DNA of 64,000 nucleotides from an uncultured Rothia sp. (GTDB lineage Bacteria; Actinomycetota; Actinomycetes; Actinomycetales; Micrococcaceae). Below, piece after piece: positions 1 through 11,097 of the stretch (position 1 is the stretch's first letter; each line of letters opens with the position of its first letter). The stretch is taken from positions 1,104 through 65,103 of the forward strand of contig CAMIIO010000002.1 in the NCBI GenBank assembly GCA_946221065.1, in the 5' to 3' direction. The position numbers were made by a program, and so were the translations under genes. The notes under the pieces are model-generated. The model saw only the letters and a list, made by a program, of their open reading frames with translations, was not told the origin of the DNA and ran no database searches.

Positions 1-1164
1 CCTTCAGCAACCCTCGCCGTCGATTCAAAGGCCAAAGAGCTTAAAGCCGCAGGTCGCCCCGTCATCGGTTTTGGCGCAGGCGAGCCAGACTTCCCCACGC
101 CCCAATACATTGTTGACGCCGCAGCGAAAGCCCTCGCAGACCCCAGCAACTTCAGATACAGCCCCGCCGCGGGGTTGCCCGCTCTCAAAAAAGCCATTGC
201 AGAAAAAACTCTGCGCGATTCGGGCATTACCGTTGACCCCTCTCAGGTGCTTGTTACCAACGGAGGAAAGCAAGCAGTCTATGAGGCCTTTGCCACCGTC
301 TTGGGTGACGGGGACGACGTCTTACTCCCGGCTCCTTATTGGACTACCTACCCTGAGGCTATTCGCCTTGCCGGAGCTAACCCCATTGAGGTCTTTGCCG
401 GCTCCGACATGGAGTACAAAGTCACCCCGGAGATGTTGGAAACTGCATACACGCCTAGCACCAAGGCACTCATCTTTGTTTCTCCGTCCAACCCCACCGG
501 ATCCGTTTACACTCCGGAAGAAACCAAAGCCATCGGTCAATGGGCACTTGAGAAAAATATTTTTGTGCTCACCGACGAAATTTACGAACACCTTACCTAC
601 GACGGAGTCCCCTTCACCTCCATCGTCAAGGCAGTGCCCGAACTGGCAGAAAATACCGTTATCCTCAACGGCGTTGCCAAAACCTACGCCATGACCGGCT
701 GGCGCGTGGGATGGATGATTGCGGCCCAAGACGTCATTAAAGCCGCTACCAACCTGCAATCCCACCTCACCTCCAATGTGAACAACATTGCGCAGATGGC
801 AGCTCTTGAAGCGGTTTCTGGCCCACTAGATGCCGTTGAAGAAATGCACACAGCCTTCGACCGTCGTCGTCAGGTGATTGTGGAAGGTCTCAACGCTATT
901 GACGGCGTGCTCTGCCCCGCACCCAAAGGCGCGTTCTACGCCTACGCCGATGTGCGCGGACTACTCGGCAAAACCATTGCCGGCAAGACTCCGCAGACTT
1001 CCGCAGAACTCGCCGCGATTATTTTGGAAGAGGCCGAGGTTGCCATAGTGCCGGGTGAAGCTTTCGGCCCCTCTGGGTATTTGCGACTTTCCTACGCGCT
1101 GGGCGAGGACGATCTCAAGGAAGGCCTTGCTCGCCTACAAAAACTTTTGGGAAGCGCCCAGTAG
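1..1164 (+). CDS. Aspartate aminotransferase (class I PLP aminotransferase), 5'-partial. The reading frame is open from base 1 of the window.
   Basis: The frame-1 translation from nt 1 continues upstream of the tracked ORF 175..1164. It shows class-I aminotransferase hallmarks ('GEPDFPTP', '[10 protein letters not shown]', '[16 protein letters not shown]'). Stop at 1164. Confidence 0.88.
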   Translation, partial: PSATLAVDSKAKELKAAGRPVIGFGAGEPDFPTPQYIVDAAAKALADPSNFRYSPAAGLPALKKAIAEKTLRDSGITVDPSQVLVTNGGKQAVYEAFATVLGDGDDVLLPAPYWTTYPEAIRLAGANPIEVFAGSDMEYKVTPEMLETAYTPSTKALIFVSPSNPTGSVYTPEETKAIGQWALEKNIFVLTDEIYEHLTYDGVPFTSIVKAVPELAENTVILNGVAKTYAMTGWRVGWMIAAQDVIKAATNLQSHLTSNVNNIAQMAALEAVSGPLDAVEEMHTAFDRRRQVIVEGLNAIDGVLCPAPKGAFYAYADVRGLLGKTIAGKTPQTSAELAAIILEEAEVAIVPGEAFGPSGYLRLSYALGEDDLKEGLARLQKLLGSAQ

Positions 1165-1192
1165 CATCGACAGGCTCTCACTCTAGAAAGTT

Positions 1193-1232
1193 GAAAAATC
1201 CGCAAGATTCTTGTTCTTGCGGATTTTTCTAT
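1193..1232 (+). terminator. Rho-independent terminator after the aminotransferase gene
   Basis: 12-bp stem (aaaatccgcaag / cttgcggatttt) with a 9-nt loop, followed by a T-rich tract. Confidence 0.6.
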
Positions 1233-1518
1233 TGTGCGAATAAATAATCCACCAACACAGCTGGTTTCTCGCGCTACTCGGCCCACGGCAATACAGCCTA
1301 AGAGGTATTCGACCTCACAATTTTTTTATTCCAAGCACTCCCACATCTTCCAACATAACCCCAGACTCACTACAATGGACTAGAGAGAAATCTTTTGAGA
1401 CTTTGCAAGTTTTCCGCGGAAAAACATCTCCGATTAAAAACACATAAACGCAACGTCAACACAAGGTGCACATCACATCAATTCTCAATGAAACTTGAGA
1501 AGGTAGGAGTTTCACGCC

Positions 1519-2550
1519 ATGAAAATCGGTCTACTCACCTCTGGCGGCGACTGCCCGGGACTCAACGCAGTTATTCGCGCAGCAGTACTGAACGGAGTCA
1601 AAACTTACGGACATGAATTCGTGGGCTTCCGCGATGGCTGGCGCGGCGTGGTTGAGGGAGACATCATGGACCTCCCCCGCACTAAGGTTCGTGGCCTAGC
1701 CCGACAGGGCGGCACCATTTTGGGTACCTCCCGCACCAACCCCTTCGATGGCCCCCACGGCGGGCCCGAAAACATCGAAATTATGATGGAAAAAAACGGT
1801 ATTGACGCCATCGTTGCCATCGGTGGCGAAGGCACCCTCGCCGGCGCTAAACGCCTTGCCGACGCCGGTCTACCCGTAGTGGGGGTACCTAAAACTATTG
1901 ATAACGATCTCCAAGCAACCGATTACACCTTTGGTTTTGACACCGCGGTTTCCATCGCTACCGACGCCATGGATCGCCTACGCACTACCGGCGAATCCCA
2001 CCACCGCTGCATGGTAGCAGAGGTCATGGGCCGACACGTAGGCTGGATTGCGCTGCACTCCGGCATGTCCGCAGGTGCGCACGCCGTACTCATTCCCGAA
2101 CAAAAAGTTTCCATGGAACAGGTTGCCGAATGGGTCACCGAGGTGCACCGCCGAGGCCGCGCACCACTCGTGGTTGTGGCAGAAGGCTTTATCCCCGAAG
2201 GTCTTAAAGATGTTGTACACGATAAAGGCGTAGAAAAAGACGGTCGCCCCCGTCTGGGCGGTATTGGCGAATATGTAACTCAAGAGCTTGAGCGCATGAC
2301 CGGCATTGAAACCCGCAATACGATTCTTGGCCATATTCAGCGTGGCGGAGCCCCCACCGGTTTTGACCGCGTACTGGCAACTCGTTTGGGCTTGAACGTA
2401 GTGGATATGGTTCACGATAAGGAATGGGGTAAGATGGTTGCGTTGCAGGGCACCGAGATTAATAGGGTGGATCTTTCGGTGGCTCTGGACGGCCTGAAGT
2501 CTGTTCCCCAGGAGCGCTGGGACGAAGCGCGCGTACTCTTCGGTCGCTAA
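1519..2550 (+). CDS. pfkA: 6-phosphofructokinase
   Basis: N-terminal 'GLLTSGGDCPGLNAVIRAAV' and 'GGEGT' PFK motifs. Purine-rich RBS upstream of the ATG. Confidence 0.9.
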   Translation: MKIGLLTSGGDCPGLNAVIRAAVLNGVKTYGHEFVGFRDGWRGVVEGDIMDLPRTKVRGLARQGGTILGTSRTNPFDGPHGGPENIEIMMEKNGIDAIVAIGGEGTLAGAKRLADAGLPVVGVPKTIDNDLQATDYTFGFDTAVSIATDAMDRLRTTGESHHRCMVAEVMGRHVGWIALHSGMSAGAHAVLIPEQKVSMEQVAEWVTEVHRRGRAPLVVVAEGFIPEGLKDVVHDKGVEKDGRPRLGGIGEYVTQELERMTGIETRNTILGHIQRGGAPTGFDRVLATRLGLNVVDMVHDKEWGKMVALQGTEINRVDLSVALDGLKSVPQERWDEARVLFGR

Positions 2551-2598
2551 GACTAGCCAAGAAACGACGGGCAGGGCTTTTCAGCTCTTTTTGACAGG

Positions 2599-2641
2599 AA
2601 AGTACCGGTAGAAACGTGAATGTTTCTACCGGTACTTTTTA
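2599..2641. terminator. Bidirectional intrinsic terminator between pfkA and the convergent ygfZ-like gene
   Basis: Perfect 16–17 bp stem (aaagtaccggtagaaac / gtttctaccggtacttt) with loop gtgaat. A T5 run follows on the + strand and an A-run precedes it, serving the minus-strand gene. Confidence 0.75.
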
Positions 2642-2714
2642 TTGCACGAGCTTCATGTGCTACACACAGCGTAGCCCAACAGCACAGCGCAAGAAACTTT
2701 TGGTGCCCTATATC

Positions 2715-3866
2715 TTAGCGCCGTAAAAATTCCCCTGTTTGACGTCGGCCAGCTACCTGCCCGGCGTCAGGAGACACAATGAGCACCTGAGTTGCGGCGT
2801 AGCTTGCTCTCTGAGCAGGGTGCGAGTCGCTGTCCTCTGCTACCTCATCAACAACAATCAGTTGAGCCGTAGGATCAACGGAACGCTTAATAACGGCGAG
2901 CGCAATGGGCCCCGCTTCCCAGTGTTGCGCTACCGAGGTTACCGTTCCTACTTTTCGGGTGCCGGCGTACACGGTTGCCCCCGTGGCGGGCAGGGTATGT
3001 TCGGAGCCGTCGAGGTCCAGGAACACGAGTCTGCGCGGTGGATGCCCCAGATTGTGTACTCGCGCCACGGTTTCTTGTCCCTTGTAGCACCCCTTGGAGA
3101 GGTGGACGGCGGTGCGCATGAGGTCGAGCTCGTGCGGGATGGTTTTTGCGTCGACTTCGTTGGCACAACGAGGTCGCCAGGCTTCAATGCGGAGGGCTTC
3201 TGCCGCCCAGATTCCGGCAAGGCTCACCTGCTCCCCGATGGTTTCGAGTTCGGTTCGGGGCACGATGGTAAAGTAGCGCCGGTGTTCTGCTCCGGGGTGC
3301 GCTGTCTGTTCGATGTCGGCGTAGGAGGTGCCGCCGTCGGCCACAGCGGGCCAGGGGTCTGCCCAGACGACGGCGGTGTGTAACTGCTCCGGCGCGTTAT
3401 CGGCAGTGCGAGGGTCTGCGTAGGAGCATAGTGCCGCGTATTCTATCGAGACATTCTGAATCTCTACCCGGAGCATGAACTTCATGCGGTTGAGGAATTC
3501 TGTGAGCGACTCCGCTTGCTCGTGTTCCACGATCAACCATATTTTTTCCCCGTCTTCTACCGCGAAAGGGGCGTATTCAATACGACCTTGCGGAGAGAGC
3601 AGGGTAAATTCACGGCTGTCCCCGGCGTTCATGCCGGTGAGTACCTGAGAGCTAAGCGTGGTGAGCCAGGAGTGCCGGTCAGGACCGGACACCGTAACGA
3701 TTCCCAGGTGAGAGTAGTCGGCCAGCACAAATTTGCTGTCTCCCAGCACCAGCCGGCGTTGTTCTTTGAGAGGTTCACCGTAGTGGGCTGCCACTCCGGC
3801 GTCTGCTCCGGTAGCTTCAAAGACGCCGTAGCGTTCGAGAAGCGGACTGCGGTAGGTTACTGCCAT
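2715..3866 (-). CDS. ygfZ: YgfZ/CAF17-type folate-binding protein (glycine-cleavage T-protein fold)
   Basis: Contains the YgfZ signature 'KGCYKGQE' near the C-terminus. Glycine cleavage T-like N-terminal region. Confidence 0.75.
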   Translation of the reverse strand: MAVTYRSPLLERYGVFEATGADAGVAAHYGEPLKEQRRLVLGDSKFVLADYSHLGIVTVSGPDRHSWLTTLSSQVLTGMNAGDSREFTLLSPQGRIEYAPFAVEDGEKIWLIVEHEQAESLTEFLNRMKFMLRVEIQNVSIEYAALCSYADPRTADNAPEQLHTAVVWADPWPAVADGGTSYADIEQTAHPGAEHRRYFTIVPRTELETIGEQVSLAGIWAAEALRIEAWRPRCANEVDAKTIPHELDLMRTAVHLSKGCYKGQETVARVHNLGHPPRRLVFLDLDGSEHTLPATGATVYAGTRKVGTVTSVAQHWEAGPIALAVIKRSVDPTAQLIVVDEVAEDSDSHPAQRASYAATQVLIVSPDAGQVAGRRQTGEFLRR

Positions 3867-4568
3867 TTAGCTATCATCGCTTTCCGGTGCGTCATGCGCG
3901 TCCGAGGCGGGATGTTCTGCGCCGTCTTCGGTGTTGAATACGTGCCCGCCCAGGTCTAGCCCGCTCATGGAACCGGTCTTGCGCAGTTCGGCAGAAGCGT
4001 GTTTGTGAAGTTTGCCCTGGGAATCCGCGATTTCCCAGTCCCACATGAGGTTGCCGTTCACCAGGCCCCAGAGTCGCACTGATCCGGCGTAGTCCTTGGA
4101 GATTTCGTCGCGAAGTAGGTTGGCGGTTTGCATACGAATTACGGGGCCTTTGATGAGTCCGGTGTAGTTTTCGCTGGTGCCGCCGGGGTGGGCGATGGTG
4201 GCAATGAGGTTGAAGCCGTCGTCGCCGTTGCGGAGTTTCTCCACGGATTCGGCGTCGGGGTGTACGGGCACAATATCTGCGGCTTTGAGGGCGGGCCCGA
4301 CGTCGCCGTCTTGTTGCTGTCGGTCGATCTGCCAGAACCCGGTTTCTACGGTGAGGGGGCGCAGCTTATTGCCGTTGTCATCTAATAAGAAAGACTCGGC
4401 ACGGTATTCGATAAAGGGTAGCCCGTCCTGGGTGAAGGTGATGATTTGTCCGAAGGGTGTGCCTTCTTCGCCCTCATACCAGAGGGAGCCGGTACCTTCC
4501 CATTGGCCAAGGAGCCAGGAGAAGGGAACGAGTTCAGGGGTAAGGTTTGTTGGGATTTCAATAGGCAT
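3867..4568 (-). CDS. FABP/nitrobindin-like protein (DUF1794-type beta-barrel)
   Basis: 233 aa with the 'WxGxG' nitrobindin-like N-terminus ('LLGQWEGTGS…'). Its stop abuts the ygfZ start with zero gap, consistent with an operon. Confidence 0.55.
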   Translation of the reverse strand: MPIEIPTNLTPELVPFSWLLGQWEGTGSLWYEGEEGTPFGQIITFTQDGLPFIEYRAESFLLDDNGNKLRPLTVETGFWQIDRQQQDGDVGPALKAADIVPVHPDAESVEKLRNGDDGFNLIATIAHPGGTSENYTGLIKGPVIRMQTANLLRDEISKDYAGSVRLWGLVNGNLMWDWEIADSQGKLHKHASAELRKTGSMSGLDLGGHVFNTEDGAEHPASDAHDAPESDDS

Positions 4569-4620
4569 GTTCTCAGTGTAGAACCTGTGTTAGGGTTGGT
4601 CATCCCTTTATTCCTGGTAG

Positions 4621-4668
4621 CGGACAAATAACGCCGTCGCGCCCCTGGGCTTAGGGGTGCGACGGCGC
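4621..4668 (-). terminator. Intrinsic terminator on the minus strand after a small hydrophobic ORF
   Basis: 15-bp stem (cgccgtcgcgcccct / aggggtgcgacggcg, one G·U) with loop gggctt. On the minus strand it is followed by ttatttg. Confidence 0.55.
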
Positions 4669-4717
4669 ACGAAGCTACGGGCGGATAGGTCGCGCTACCG
4701 CCGGCAAGGAGAGTATT

Positions 4718-4828
4718 TTACTTCTGTCCCTTGAACAGACCTGCAAGAACTACGGCGATGGAGCCGAAGATTAGAACGCCGGCGAGTGCCAAGAGGCAGA
4801 GAAAGAAAATTTCCAAAGCTAATAACAT
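4718..4828 (-). CDS. 36-aa hydrophobic peptide (MLLALEIFFLCLLALAGVLIFGSIAVVLAGLFKGQK); unannotated small ORF
   Basis: ATG lies 5 nt downstream of the stop of the upstream membrane-protein gene. Single predicted TM helix. Followed by the terminator at 4621..4668. No strong RBS; translational coupling is possible. Not in the ORF track because it is under 60 aa. Confidence 0.35.
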   Translation of the reverse strand: MLLALEIFFLCLLALAGVLIFGSIAVVLAGLFKGQK

Positions 4829-4833
4829 GTGAA

Positions 4834-5607
4834 CTAGAGTATCACGCCTGTGATGAATATCGCGATGAGGTAACTGAGAACTCCCACAAATGCTACGGGA
4901 GTAACGCCTAAGGTAATAGCTCCTCGACGTGGACCCTCCTTAGGACCTGCGGAGACAAGCCGGATACCCAAGGCTCCCAGAATCAGGGCAATGCCCAGCC
5001 CGATACCGATAATTAGTGTGGAGCTATGGTTCATCCGGTAAAAATTTGCCATGGCAACCCAGCCCCCCACGGAGACGGCGGCCAGCACACCCGTCACGCA
5101 AGAAATCACGGATTCTAGGCGGCCGATCGCGCCTTCACCGCGCACTAATTCAACAATAAAGCTTGCCACTACCCCCACCGCTGCGATAGCGGGCAGGAGG
5201 GAAAGCCGTTGAGGGTCATTATCGAAGAGCACCGCGATTACTCCGGCAAATCCCGCGCATAAAACAATCACCGAGTGCGGGTAAATTCGTGTGCTTCCCC
5301 GTAATTCGGCAACGCCCGTGGCGGCGGGCCAGCCGCCAGCTATTAAGGCCACGATAACCACGCCTACTGCCGCTGCTAACCAAGGATGCACAATGGCAGA
5401 GACGATGACCGCGAACAGCGTAGCACAGGCAGAAAAAGCCATCAGACGGTACCGAGAGCTACGGGTTTCTCCAATACGCCCGATAGGGCCCTCATATACT
5501 AGGCGGTGGCGTTGCTCTCGCAATTGTGGCACGAAGGTTTCAAAACGGTGGGGGCGTCCCCCCGCATGTTCTTTTGTCACAGCTTCCCTCTCCTTGGGCG
5601 GTTGCAC
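4834..5607 (-). CDS. Hypothetical polytopic membrane protein
   Basis: 257 aa with a charged N-terminus and about 6 hydrophobic helices. No family recognised. The true start may be internal ('MAFSACATLF…'). Confidence 0.5.
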   Translation of the reverse strand: MQPPKEREAVTKEHAGGRPHRFETFVPQLREQRHRLVYEGPIGRIGETRSSRYRLMAFSACATLFAVIVSAIVHPWLAAAVGVVIVALIAGGWPAATGVAELRGSTRIYPHSVIVLCAGFAGVIAVLFDNDPQRLSLLPAIAAVGVVASFIVELVRGEGAIGRLESVISCVTGVLAAVSVGGWVAMANFYRMNHSSTLIIGIGLGIALILGALGIRLVSAGPKEGPRRGAITLGVTPVAFVGVLSYLIAIFITGVIL

Positions 5608-5748
5608 GGCAAGGCACCGGCGTCTTGGTGTATCTCATCAAGAAAGTTCCCTGAAGACAACAGTACCGAACAGCTTGGGCTTGGTTTTGTATTATGTTGA
5701 TTCTGTAAGGCGATTGAAATGCTATAGAGGTGGATTGGGGTAGGGAGT

Positions 5749-6423
5749 ATGGATCTTGTGGCATTGGCTGATTCCCCGGCGACACTCCACAATTTTTTAT
5801 CAACGGCGGAGTTGCTTAATCACCGCGTCGTTTGCCTGCCGTTTTCTACCACTGTTCATGAGATTAATAGCCGGTGCCCGCAGGCTGTAATACTAGATGG
5901 GCTCAGTTCTCTGATAGTAGCGCGTAATACGGCACAAATCCTTGATGGAGCCGGGCTACAAGCTCCTATTCTCTTGGTTCTTGCAGAGAGCGGCTTAGCC
6001 GCTATCTCTAGCTCCTGGCAGGTACACGATATTGTGTTAGACACTGCCAGCCCCGCGGAGATTGAAGCCAGGCTGAAGCTCTTAGCGGCGGTACACAGTG
6101 TCCAGGAGCCAGCTCTTGAAGCAGTGATTGAGGTTGCCGGTGTGCTCATTGACGAGAACGCCTACACTGCCCGTTTGAAGGGGCAACCGCTCAACCTCAC
6201 TTATAAGGAATTTGAATTGCTCAAATTTTTGGCTCAACACAGCGGTCGAGTGTTCACCCGCGCCCAACTACTCACCGAGGTGTGGGGGTACGACTACTAC
6301 GGCGGTACGCGCACGGTAGATGTACACATTCGTCGTTTACGTTCCAAGCTCGGAACCGAACATGAACACCTGATTTCCACCATTCGCAACGTGGGGTATA
6401 GCTTTGGAGAAGTACGTTCCTAG
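5749..6423 (+). CDS. glnR: GlnR, orphan OmpR-family global nitrogen regulator
   Basis: Long near-identical blocks to actinomycete GlnR as I recall it: 'LLVLAESGLAAISSSWQVHDIVLDTASPAEIEARLKL' and 'KGQPLNLTYKEFELLKFLAQHSGRVFTRAQLLTEVWGYDYYGGTRTVDVHIRRLRSKLG'. No adjacent kinase. glnR–mshD adjacency matches Mycobacterium (Rv0818–Rv0819). Confidence 0.85.
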   Translation: MDLVALADSPATLHNFLSTAELLNHRVVCLPFSTTVHEINSRCPQAVILDGLSSLIVARNTAQILDGAGLQAPILLVLAESGLAAISSSWQVHDIVLDTASPAEIEARLKLLAAVHSVQEPALEAVIEVAGVLIDENAYTARLKGQPLNLTYKEFELLKFLAQHSGRVFTRAQLLTEVWGYDYYGGTRTVDVHIRRLRSKLGTEHEHLISTIRNVGYSFGEVRS

Positions 6424-6531
6424 GCTCTTGTTCAAAGAGAGTTTTCTTCTCATGGGCAGGTGTTGTTCTTCCGGTATTTCTTGCGCAAGGTAAACTGATA
6501 AGGGTACGCAGAAGTAGTATCGGAGGGGACA

Positions 6532-7605
6532 ATGGCTCAGTTAACCAAGGATTCATATCGGGTTCAACGGGTGTTTGCTTCGCCCGATTCGCTGGCAGAG
6601 TTCACACAATTTGCGCACCGGGTTTCCGCCGACGACGGCACTGCGGCTTTTTCTGAGCAAACACTCGTTGATTTCTCCAAAGCCAGTGCCTCGGACTCCT
6701 CTCAGCCACAGATAGTTGCTTATTTTTCTCGCTTAATCCAACCGGAGGACACGTCGCTCATTGGAGTGGCTCTTGCCGTACTCTCTGATGACCCCGAGGG
6801 AGAAGAAGCTACCGGCGTCGTCGAACTGGCGGTGGATCCCCGCTTTCGCCACTGTGGAGTAGGCGGAGAACTTGCCAAGCAACTTGCCTCCCACTTACGC
6901 CAGCACCGCCCCGGAACCTACCACGTGTGGGTTCACCAAATTCTCGGGGATCAGCAGGAGAATCAGCACCTAGCTGTGGCGACCCTACGCAAGCGCTTTG
7001 CGGCAAAACAGATTAGGGAATTACATAAACTTCAGCTCCCCCTCAACGATAGTGCCCGTGACCGCATTGCAGATCTCGCGTCCGAGATAGAGCTTCCGAA
7101 GGGTCTCTCTCTGACCACTTTTATCCCCGCAGCCGACGACGCCCTCTGGCTCCGTGCCAACAGCGCAGCTTTTGCGCACCATCCCGAGCAGGGCTCACTC
7201 ACCCAAGACGACCTTGCCGAGCGCATGGAAGCCGACTGGTTTAGAGCGGAGGGATTCTTTCTAGCCAAAGATTCTGAGAGTAAGTCCATTGCCGGTTTTC
7301 ACTGGACAAAAATTCCCGCTCAGCAACGCTCACCGTATACGGGTGAGGTCTATGTCGTAGGGGTTGACCCGCGGTGGCAGGGGAAAAAGCTGGGCTATTC
7401 CCTCACTGTTTTGGGCTTGGATTATCTTGCTCGCGCAGAATACGCCCCGGGACACCTGCTAGAAAAAATTGTGCTTTATGTGGACGCAGATAACACTGCG
7501 GCGGTAAACCTTTATCGCTCCCTGGGCTTTGTTTCAGAGGCTGTGGATCTGATGTACGCCGTAACGCTTCCGTCCCAGCCCACCCTTGACTCTGTTGAGT
7601 CCTAA
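6532..7605 (+). CDS. mshD: Mycothiol synthase (tandem GNAT acetyltransferase)
   Basis: Two GNAT modules. Strong matches to MshD motifs ('[15 protein letters not shown]', 'GFHWTKI', '[10 protein letters not shown]', '[20 protein letters not shown]'). GGAGGGG RBS. Confidence 0.88.
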   Translation: MAQLTKDSYRVQRVFASPDSLAEFTQFAHRVSADDGTAAFSEQTLVDFSKASASDSSQPQIVAYFSRLIQPEDTSLIGVALAVLSDDPEGEEATGVVELAVDPRFRHCGVGGELAKQLASHLRQHRPGTYHVWVHQILGDQQENQHLAVATLRKRFAAKQIRELHKLQLPLNDSARDRIADLASEIELPKGLSLTTFIPAADDALWLRANSAAFAHHPEQGSLTQDDLAERMEADWFRAEGFFLAKDSESKSIAGFHWTKIPAQQRSPYTGEVYVVGVDPRWQGKKLGYSLTVLGLDYLARAEYAPGHLLEKIVLYVDADNTAAVNLYRSLGFVSEAVDLMYAVTLPSQPTLDSVES

Positions 7606-7684
7606 CCGTTTTTTATCTCTTGACCTACAATGTGGCGCGTCTTTACAAGCGCCTTCCTCAGCCGTATCACCAGAAAGGATCAGT

Positions 7685-9925
7685 ATGAGTAATTCAACGC
7701 CCACAGATCAAAGTATCCCCACCCCCAAGGAGGTGCACCACCTGCCCAAAGATATTAACAAGCTTGAACGTGCCCAAACCCAGGGTGACCGTATTGAAAA
7801 GCTAGAAAAGGTTAAGCTGCCTAACCTCGCCGGAGATTTTGGGCCCGACCGCTTCCTGGACCGGGAAACGAGCTGGCTAGACTTCAACACCCGCGTGCTT
7901 GAGCTGGCAGAAGATTCGGGCTTGTATCTGCTAGAGCGCCTGAATTTCCTCTCCATCGTGGGCTCAAACCTTGACGAGTTCTTCATGGTTCGAGTAGCTG
8001 GGCTACGCCGTCGTATCGCCACCGGTATTGCTGTGCCCTCCGCAGCCGGGTTAACCCCCGATGAGCAGATGGAGCAGATTGCTGAGTCCGCGCATAAGCT
8101 GATGGAACGCCAGCACCGCTGTTTTCACGAAGAGGTGCTTCCGGCTCTTGCCGAAGAGCAGATCCGGATTGTGGGTTGGGATGACTTAGAAGCGGAAGCA
8201 CAGGAGCGCCTTACTAAGTTCTTCAGTAACGAAGTGTTCCCCATCCTCACCCCGCTGGCTGTGGATCCGGCGCACCCTTTCCCCTATATTTCCGGTCTTT
8301 CGCTGAACCTCGCCGTGATTGTGCAAAACCCGCAGACCGGCAAGGAGCTCTTTGCCCGGCTGAAAGTACCGGATCAGCTAGATCGCATGATTTCGGTGGA
8401 CGGTTCTCGCGCCGTCAACTCCCCCTCCCGCGAGGCACGCTTCATTCCCCTTGAAGATGTGATCGCTCAACACTTAGATATTCTCTTCCCCGGCATGGAA
8501 GTACTCGAACACCATGCCTTCCGAGTAACCCGTAACGAAGATCTTGAGGTAGAAGAGGACGACGCCGAGAACCTGCTTCAGGCGCTAGAGAAGGAATTGC
8601 TTCGCCGTCGTTTTGGCCCGCCCGTGCGCCTGGAAGTGGAAGATACGATTAACCCCGATGTGTTGGATCTGCTGGTTTCTGAACTGCGCATTGATGAATC
8701 AGAAGTGTATAAGCTTCCCGCTCCCCTTGATTTGCGCGGAGTAGGCGCCATCGTCAAGGCTAACCGTCCGGCGCTGCACTACCCCAAGCACATTGCACAT
8801 ACCTCCCGCTGGCTCAACGAGAACGAGACTGCCGAGGCAGCCAATGTTTTTGCTGCAACACGCTCACACGACGTATTGCTGCACCACCCCTACGATTCCT
8901 TTGCCACCAGTGTGCAGGCTTTCCTGGAGCAGGCCGCAGCGGATCCGAACGTGATGGCGATTAAGCAGACCCTCTACCGCACCTCGGGCGACTCCCCCAT
9001 TGTGGACGCCCTGATTGAGGCTGCAGAGGCCGGCAAGCAGGTGCTGGCGCTGGTGGAGATTAAGGCACGTTTTGATGAGGAAGCAAACATCAAGTGGGCT
9101 CGTAAGCTCGAACGTGCCGGCGTACATGTAGTGTACGGTATCGTGGGCTTGAAAACTCACTGTAAGCTCTCGCTGGTGGTACGCAAGGAAGGCGATTCCC
9201 TGCGTCGGTACTGCCATATCGGCACCGGTAACTACCACCCCTCCACCGCGCGTTTCTACGAGGATTTGGGTATTCTGACCTGCGACCCGCAGATTACCGA
9301 GGACGTGTCGCGTTTGTTCAATCAGCTCTCCGGCTACGCGCCGAAGACCACCTATAAGTCGCTACTGGTTGCCCCGCGATCAATCCGTTCGGGGCTGATT
9401 GACTATATTAACCGCGAGATTGAGCACAAGCTCGCGGGACGGCACGCCAAGATTCAGATCAAATGCAACTCGATGGTGGATGAAGCCATTATTGACTCGC
9501 TCTATCGCGCATCCCAGGCTGGCGTTGAGGTGAATGTGCTGGTGCGCGGTATTTGCGCGCTACGTCCGGGTATTCCGGGGCTATCCGAGAACATTAAGGT
9601 GCGATCCTTCCTCGGCAGATTCCTGGAGCACTCGCGCGTGTTCAGCTTTGATAATGCCGGTGACCCCAAGGTGTTTATTGGTTCAGCGGATATGATGCAC
9701 CGTAACCTTGACCGCCGAGTGGAGGCCCTGGTTATTATCAAGGCAGCACGCAACCGCGACTACCTGCTCAAAATGTTTGATCTCTACATGTCCGAAAAGA
9801 CCGCCAGCTGGCATCTGGACGGTGAGGGAATCTGGGAGCGGCATTACCTCGACGCCGACGGCAACCGGTTGCGCGATATTCAGAGCTACTACCTGGAATC
9901 TCGTGAAAAGGGTAAGCGCAAGTAG
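7685..9925 (+). CDS. ppk: Polyphosphate kinase 1
   Basis: PPK1 N-terminal, head and two PLD-like C-terminal domains ('FFMVRVAGL', 'HCKLSLVVR', 'HSRVFSF'). Start moved to the ATG at 7685, which has an AAAGGA RBS. The tracked ORF starts at 7586. Confidence 0.93.
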   Translation: MSNSTPTDQSIPTPKEVHHLPKDINKLERAQTQGDRIEKLEKVKLPNLAGDFGPDRFLDRETSWLDFNTRVLELAEDSGLYLLERLNFLSIVGSNLDEFFMVRVAGLRRRIATGIAVPSAAGLTPDEQMEQIAESAHKLMERQHRCFHEEVLPALAEEQIRIVGWDDLEAEAQERLTKFFSNEVFPILTPLAVDPAHPFPYISGLSLNLAVIVQNPQTGKELFARLKVPDQLDRMISVDGSRAVNSPSREARFIPLEDVIAQHLDILFPGMEVLEHHAFRVTRNEDLEVEEDDAENLLQALEKELLRRRFGPPVRLEVEDTINPDVLDLLVSELRIDESEVYKLPAPLDLRGVGAIVKANRPALHYPKHIAHTSRWLNENETAEAANVFAATRSHDVLLHHPYDSFATSVQAFLEQAAADPNVMAIKQTLYRTSGDSPIVDALIEAAEAGKQVLALVEIKARFDEEANIKWARKLERAGVHVVYGIVGLKTHCKLSLVVRKEGDSLRRYCHIGTGNYHPSTARFYEDLGILTCDPQITEDVSRLFNQLSGYAPKTTYKSLLVAPRSIRSGLIDYINREIEHKLAGRHAKIQIKCNSMVDEAIIDSLYRASQAGVEVNVLVRGICALRPGIPGLSENIKVRSFLGRFLEHSRVFSFDNAGDPKVFIGSADMMHRNLDRRVEALVIIKAARNRDYLLKMFDLYMSEKTASWHLDGEGIWERHYLDADGNRLRDIQSYYLESREKGKRK

Positions 9926-10015
9926 CTTAAGGGCGGAACCTGTCTTCACAACCTTTTGAACGGCTATACCCTTAGTAAATGTTCATATTTAAGGTAGTGA
10001 GCAGGAACGCTTAGA

Positions 10016-11080
10016 ATGTCTGTGGGAGACGTTTCTCCGGCTCCCACAGACATTCACTTTTTCTGCGAAGGTTGTTTCACGAACATGCCGAAATCTCAGG
10101 TGTATACCGCTCACCGCCGCGATGGCGACTACTCGGTAACTCGCAAGGCCACTCCCGACGTCGACGTTACCGCCGCAGGTTGCCTTATCTGGCGGTACTA
10201 CAAGGAACAGCTACAGCTTCTGATTATTCACCGCCCTAACTACGATGACTGGTCCTGGCCCAAGGGCAAGGTAGATCCCGGGGAAACTATCGCGGAAACA
10301 GCTATCCGAGAAGTCCGTGAAGAAGTGGGGCTTCACGTCACTCTGGGCGTTCCCTTAGCTGTAACCAAGTACAAGGTAAAGCACGGGGATAAAGAGGTTT
10401 ATTATTGGGCTTCCCGCGTGAGCCACACGGCCAAGGCAAAGGTCGATGGGCACGAAGTTGATGAGCTTCGCTGGGTGAGCCCTAAAGAGGCTCGCAAGCT
10501 TTTGACGAACACCTCCGATGTTGAGCCGCTAGAGGCATTGGAGAAGCTCTGGGAGAATAAAGATCTTGCCACTCGTCCGGTGATTATTGTGCGCCATGCC
10601 AAGGCAAAGCCGCGTTCTAGCTGGAGCGCGGCGGAGGGCGAGCGTCCGTTGGCAGCCACCGGCAAGCGTCAGGCGTTAGCGGTGTGCCGCTTGCTGGAAG
10701 CCTGGCAGCCGCAAAAAGTTATTTCTTCCCCCTGGACCCGCTGTATGCAAACTGTGACGAATTACAACAAAAGTACCGGGGTTCCCATCAAAGAGAAGTC
10801 CGCTATTACCGAAGCGGCGAATAAGCGTTCGCCTAAGCGCGCGGCAAAGGTGGTGGAATCGCTTTTTGATAAGGATTACCCGATTGCGCTGTGTACGCAC
10901 CGTCCGGTGTTACCCACGGTGCTGGGTGTGTTGGCGGATCATATGAATAAGAGCCTCACCAAGGTTCTTCCCATGGAGGACCCACACTTGCTTCCGGGCG
11001 AGATTTTGGTTCTTCAGGTATCGTTGCAGAATAAAAACCGCACCGTATCTGTTGAACAGATTAAACCCTTTAGCGATTAG
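10016..11080 (+). CDS. NUDIX hydrolase fused to a histidine-phosphatase (PGAM-like) domain; MutT1-like
   Basis: Nudix box '[22 protein letters not shown]' in the N-terminal half and a 'RHAKA' phosphohistidine motif in the C-terminal half. The position after ppk matches Mycobacterium ppk1–mutT1. An alternative start is at 10088 (MPKSQ). Confidence 0.78.
   Translation: MSVGDVSPAPTDIHFFCEGCFTNMPKSQVYTAHRRDGDYSVTRKATPDVDVTAAGCLIWRYYKEQLQLLIIHRPNYDDWSWPKGKVDPGETIAETAIREVREEVGLHVTLGVPLAVTKYKVKHGDKEVYYWASRVSHTAKAKVDGHEVDELRWVSPKEARKLLTNTSDVEPLEALEKLWENKDLATRPVIIVRHAKAKPRSSWSAAEGERPLAATGKRQALAVCRLLEAWQPQKVISSPWTRCMQTVTNYNKSTGVPIKEKSAITEAANKRSPKRAAKVVESLFDKDYPIALCTHRPVLPTVLGVLADHMNKSLTKVLPMEDPHLLPGEILVLQVSLQNKNRTVSVEQIKPFSD
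10017..10066 (+). terminator. Hairpin spanning the annotated start codon of the Nudix gene; possible ppk terminator or translational control element
   Basis: 12-bp perfect stem (tgtctgtgggag / ctcccacagaca) with a 13-nt loop, followed by attcactttttct. Confidence 0.35.
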
Positions 11081-11097
11081 AAAGAACGCCGCCCTTA

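Noticed and set aside
71-765. ORFs 71..694 (+) and 322..765 (-)
   Set aside because: Alternative-frame shadows within the aminotransferase gene. They have Pro/Ser/Arg-rich composition typical of off-frame GC-rich sequence. The same reasoning applies to the many other internal or antisense ORFs in the track (e.g. 2739..3383, 15169..15615, 20172..20591, 21556..22281, 28293..29048, 48429..49169, 51062..51822, 62408..63103).
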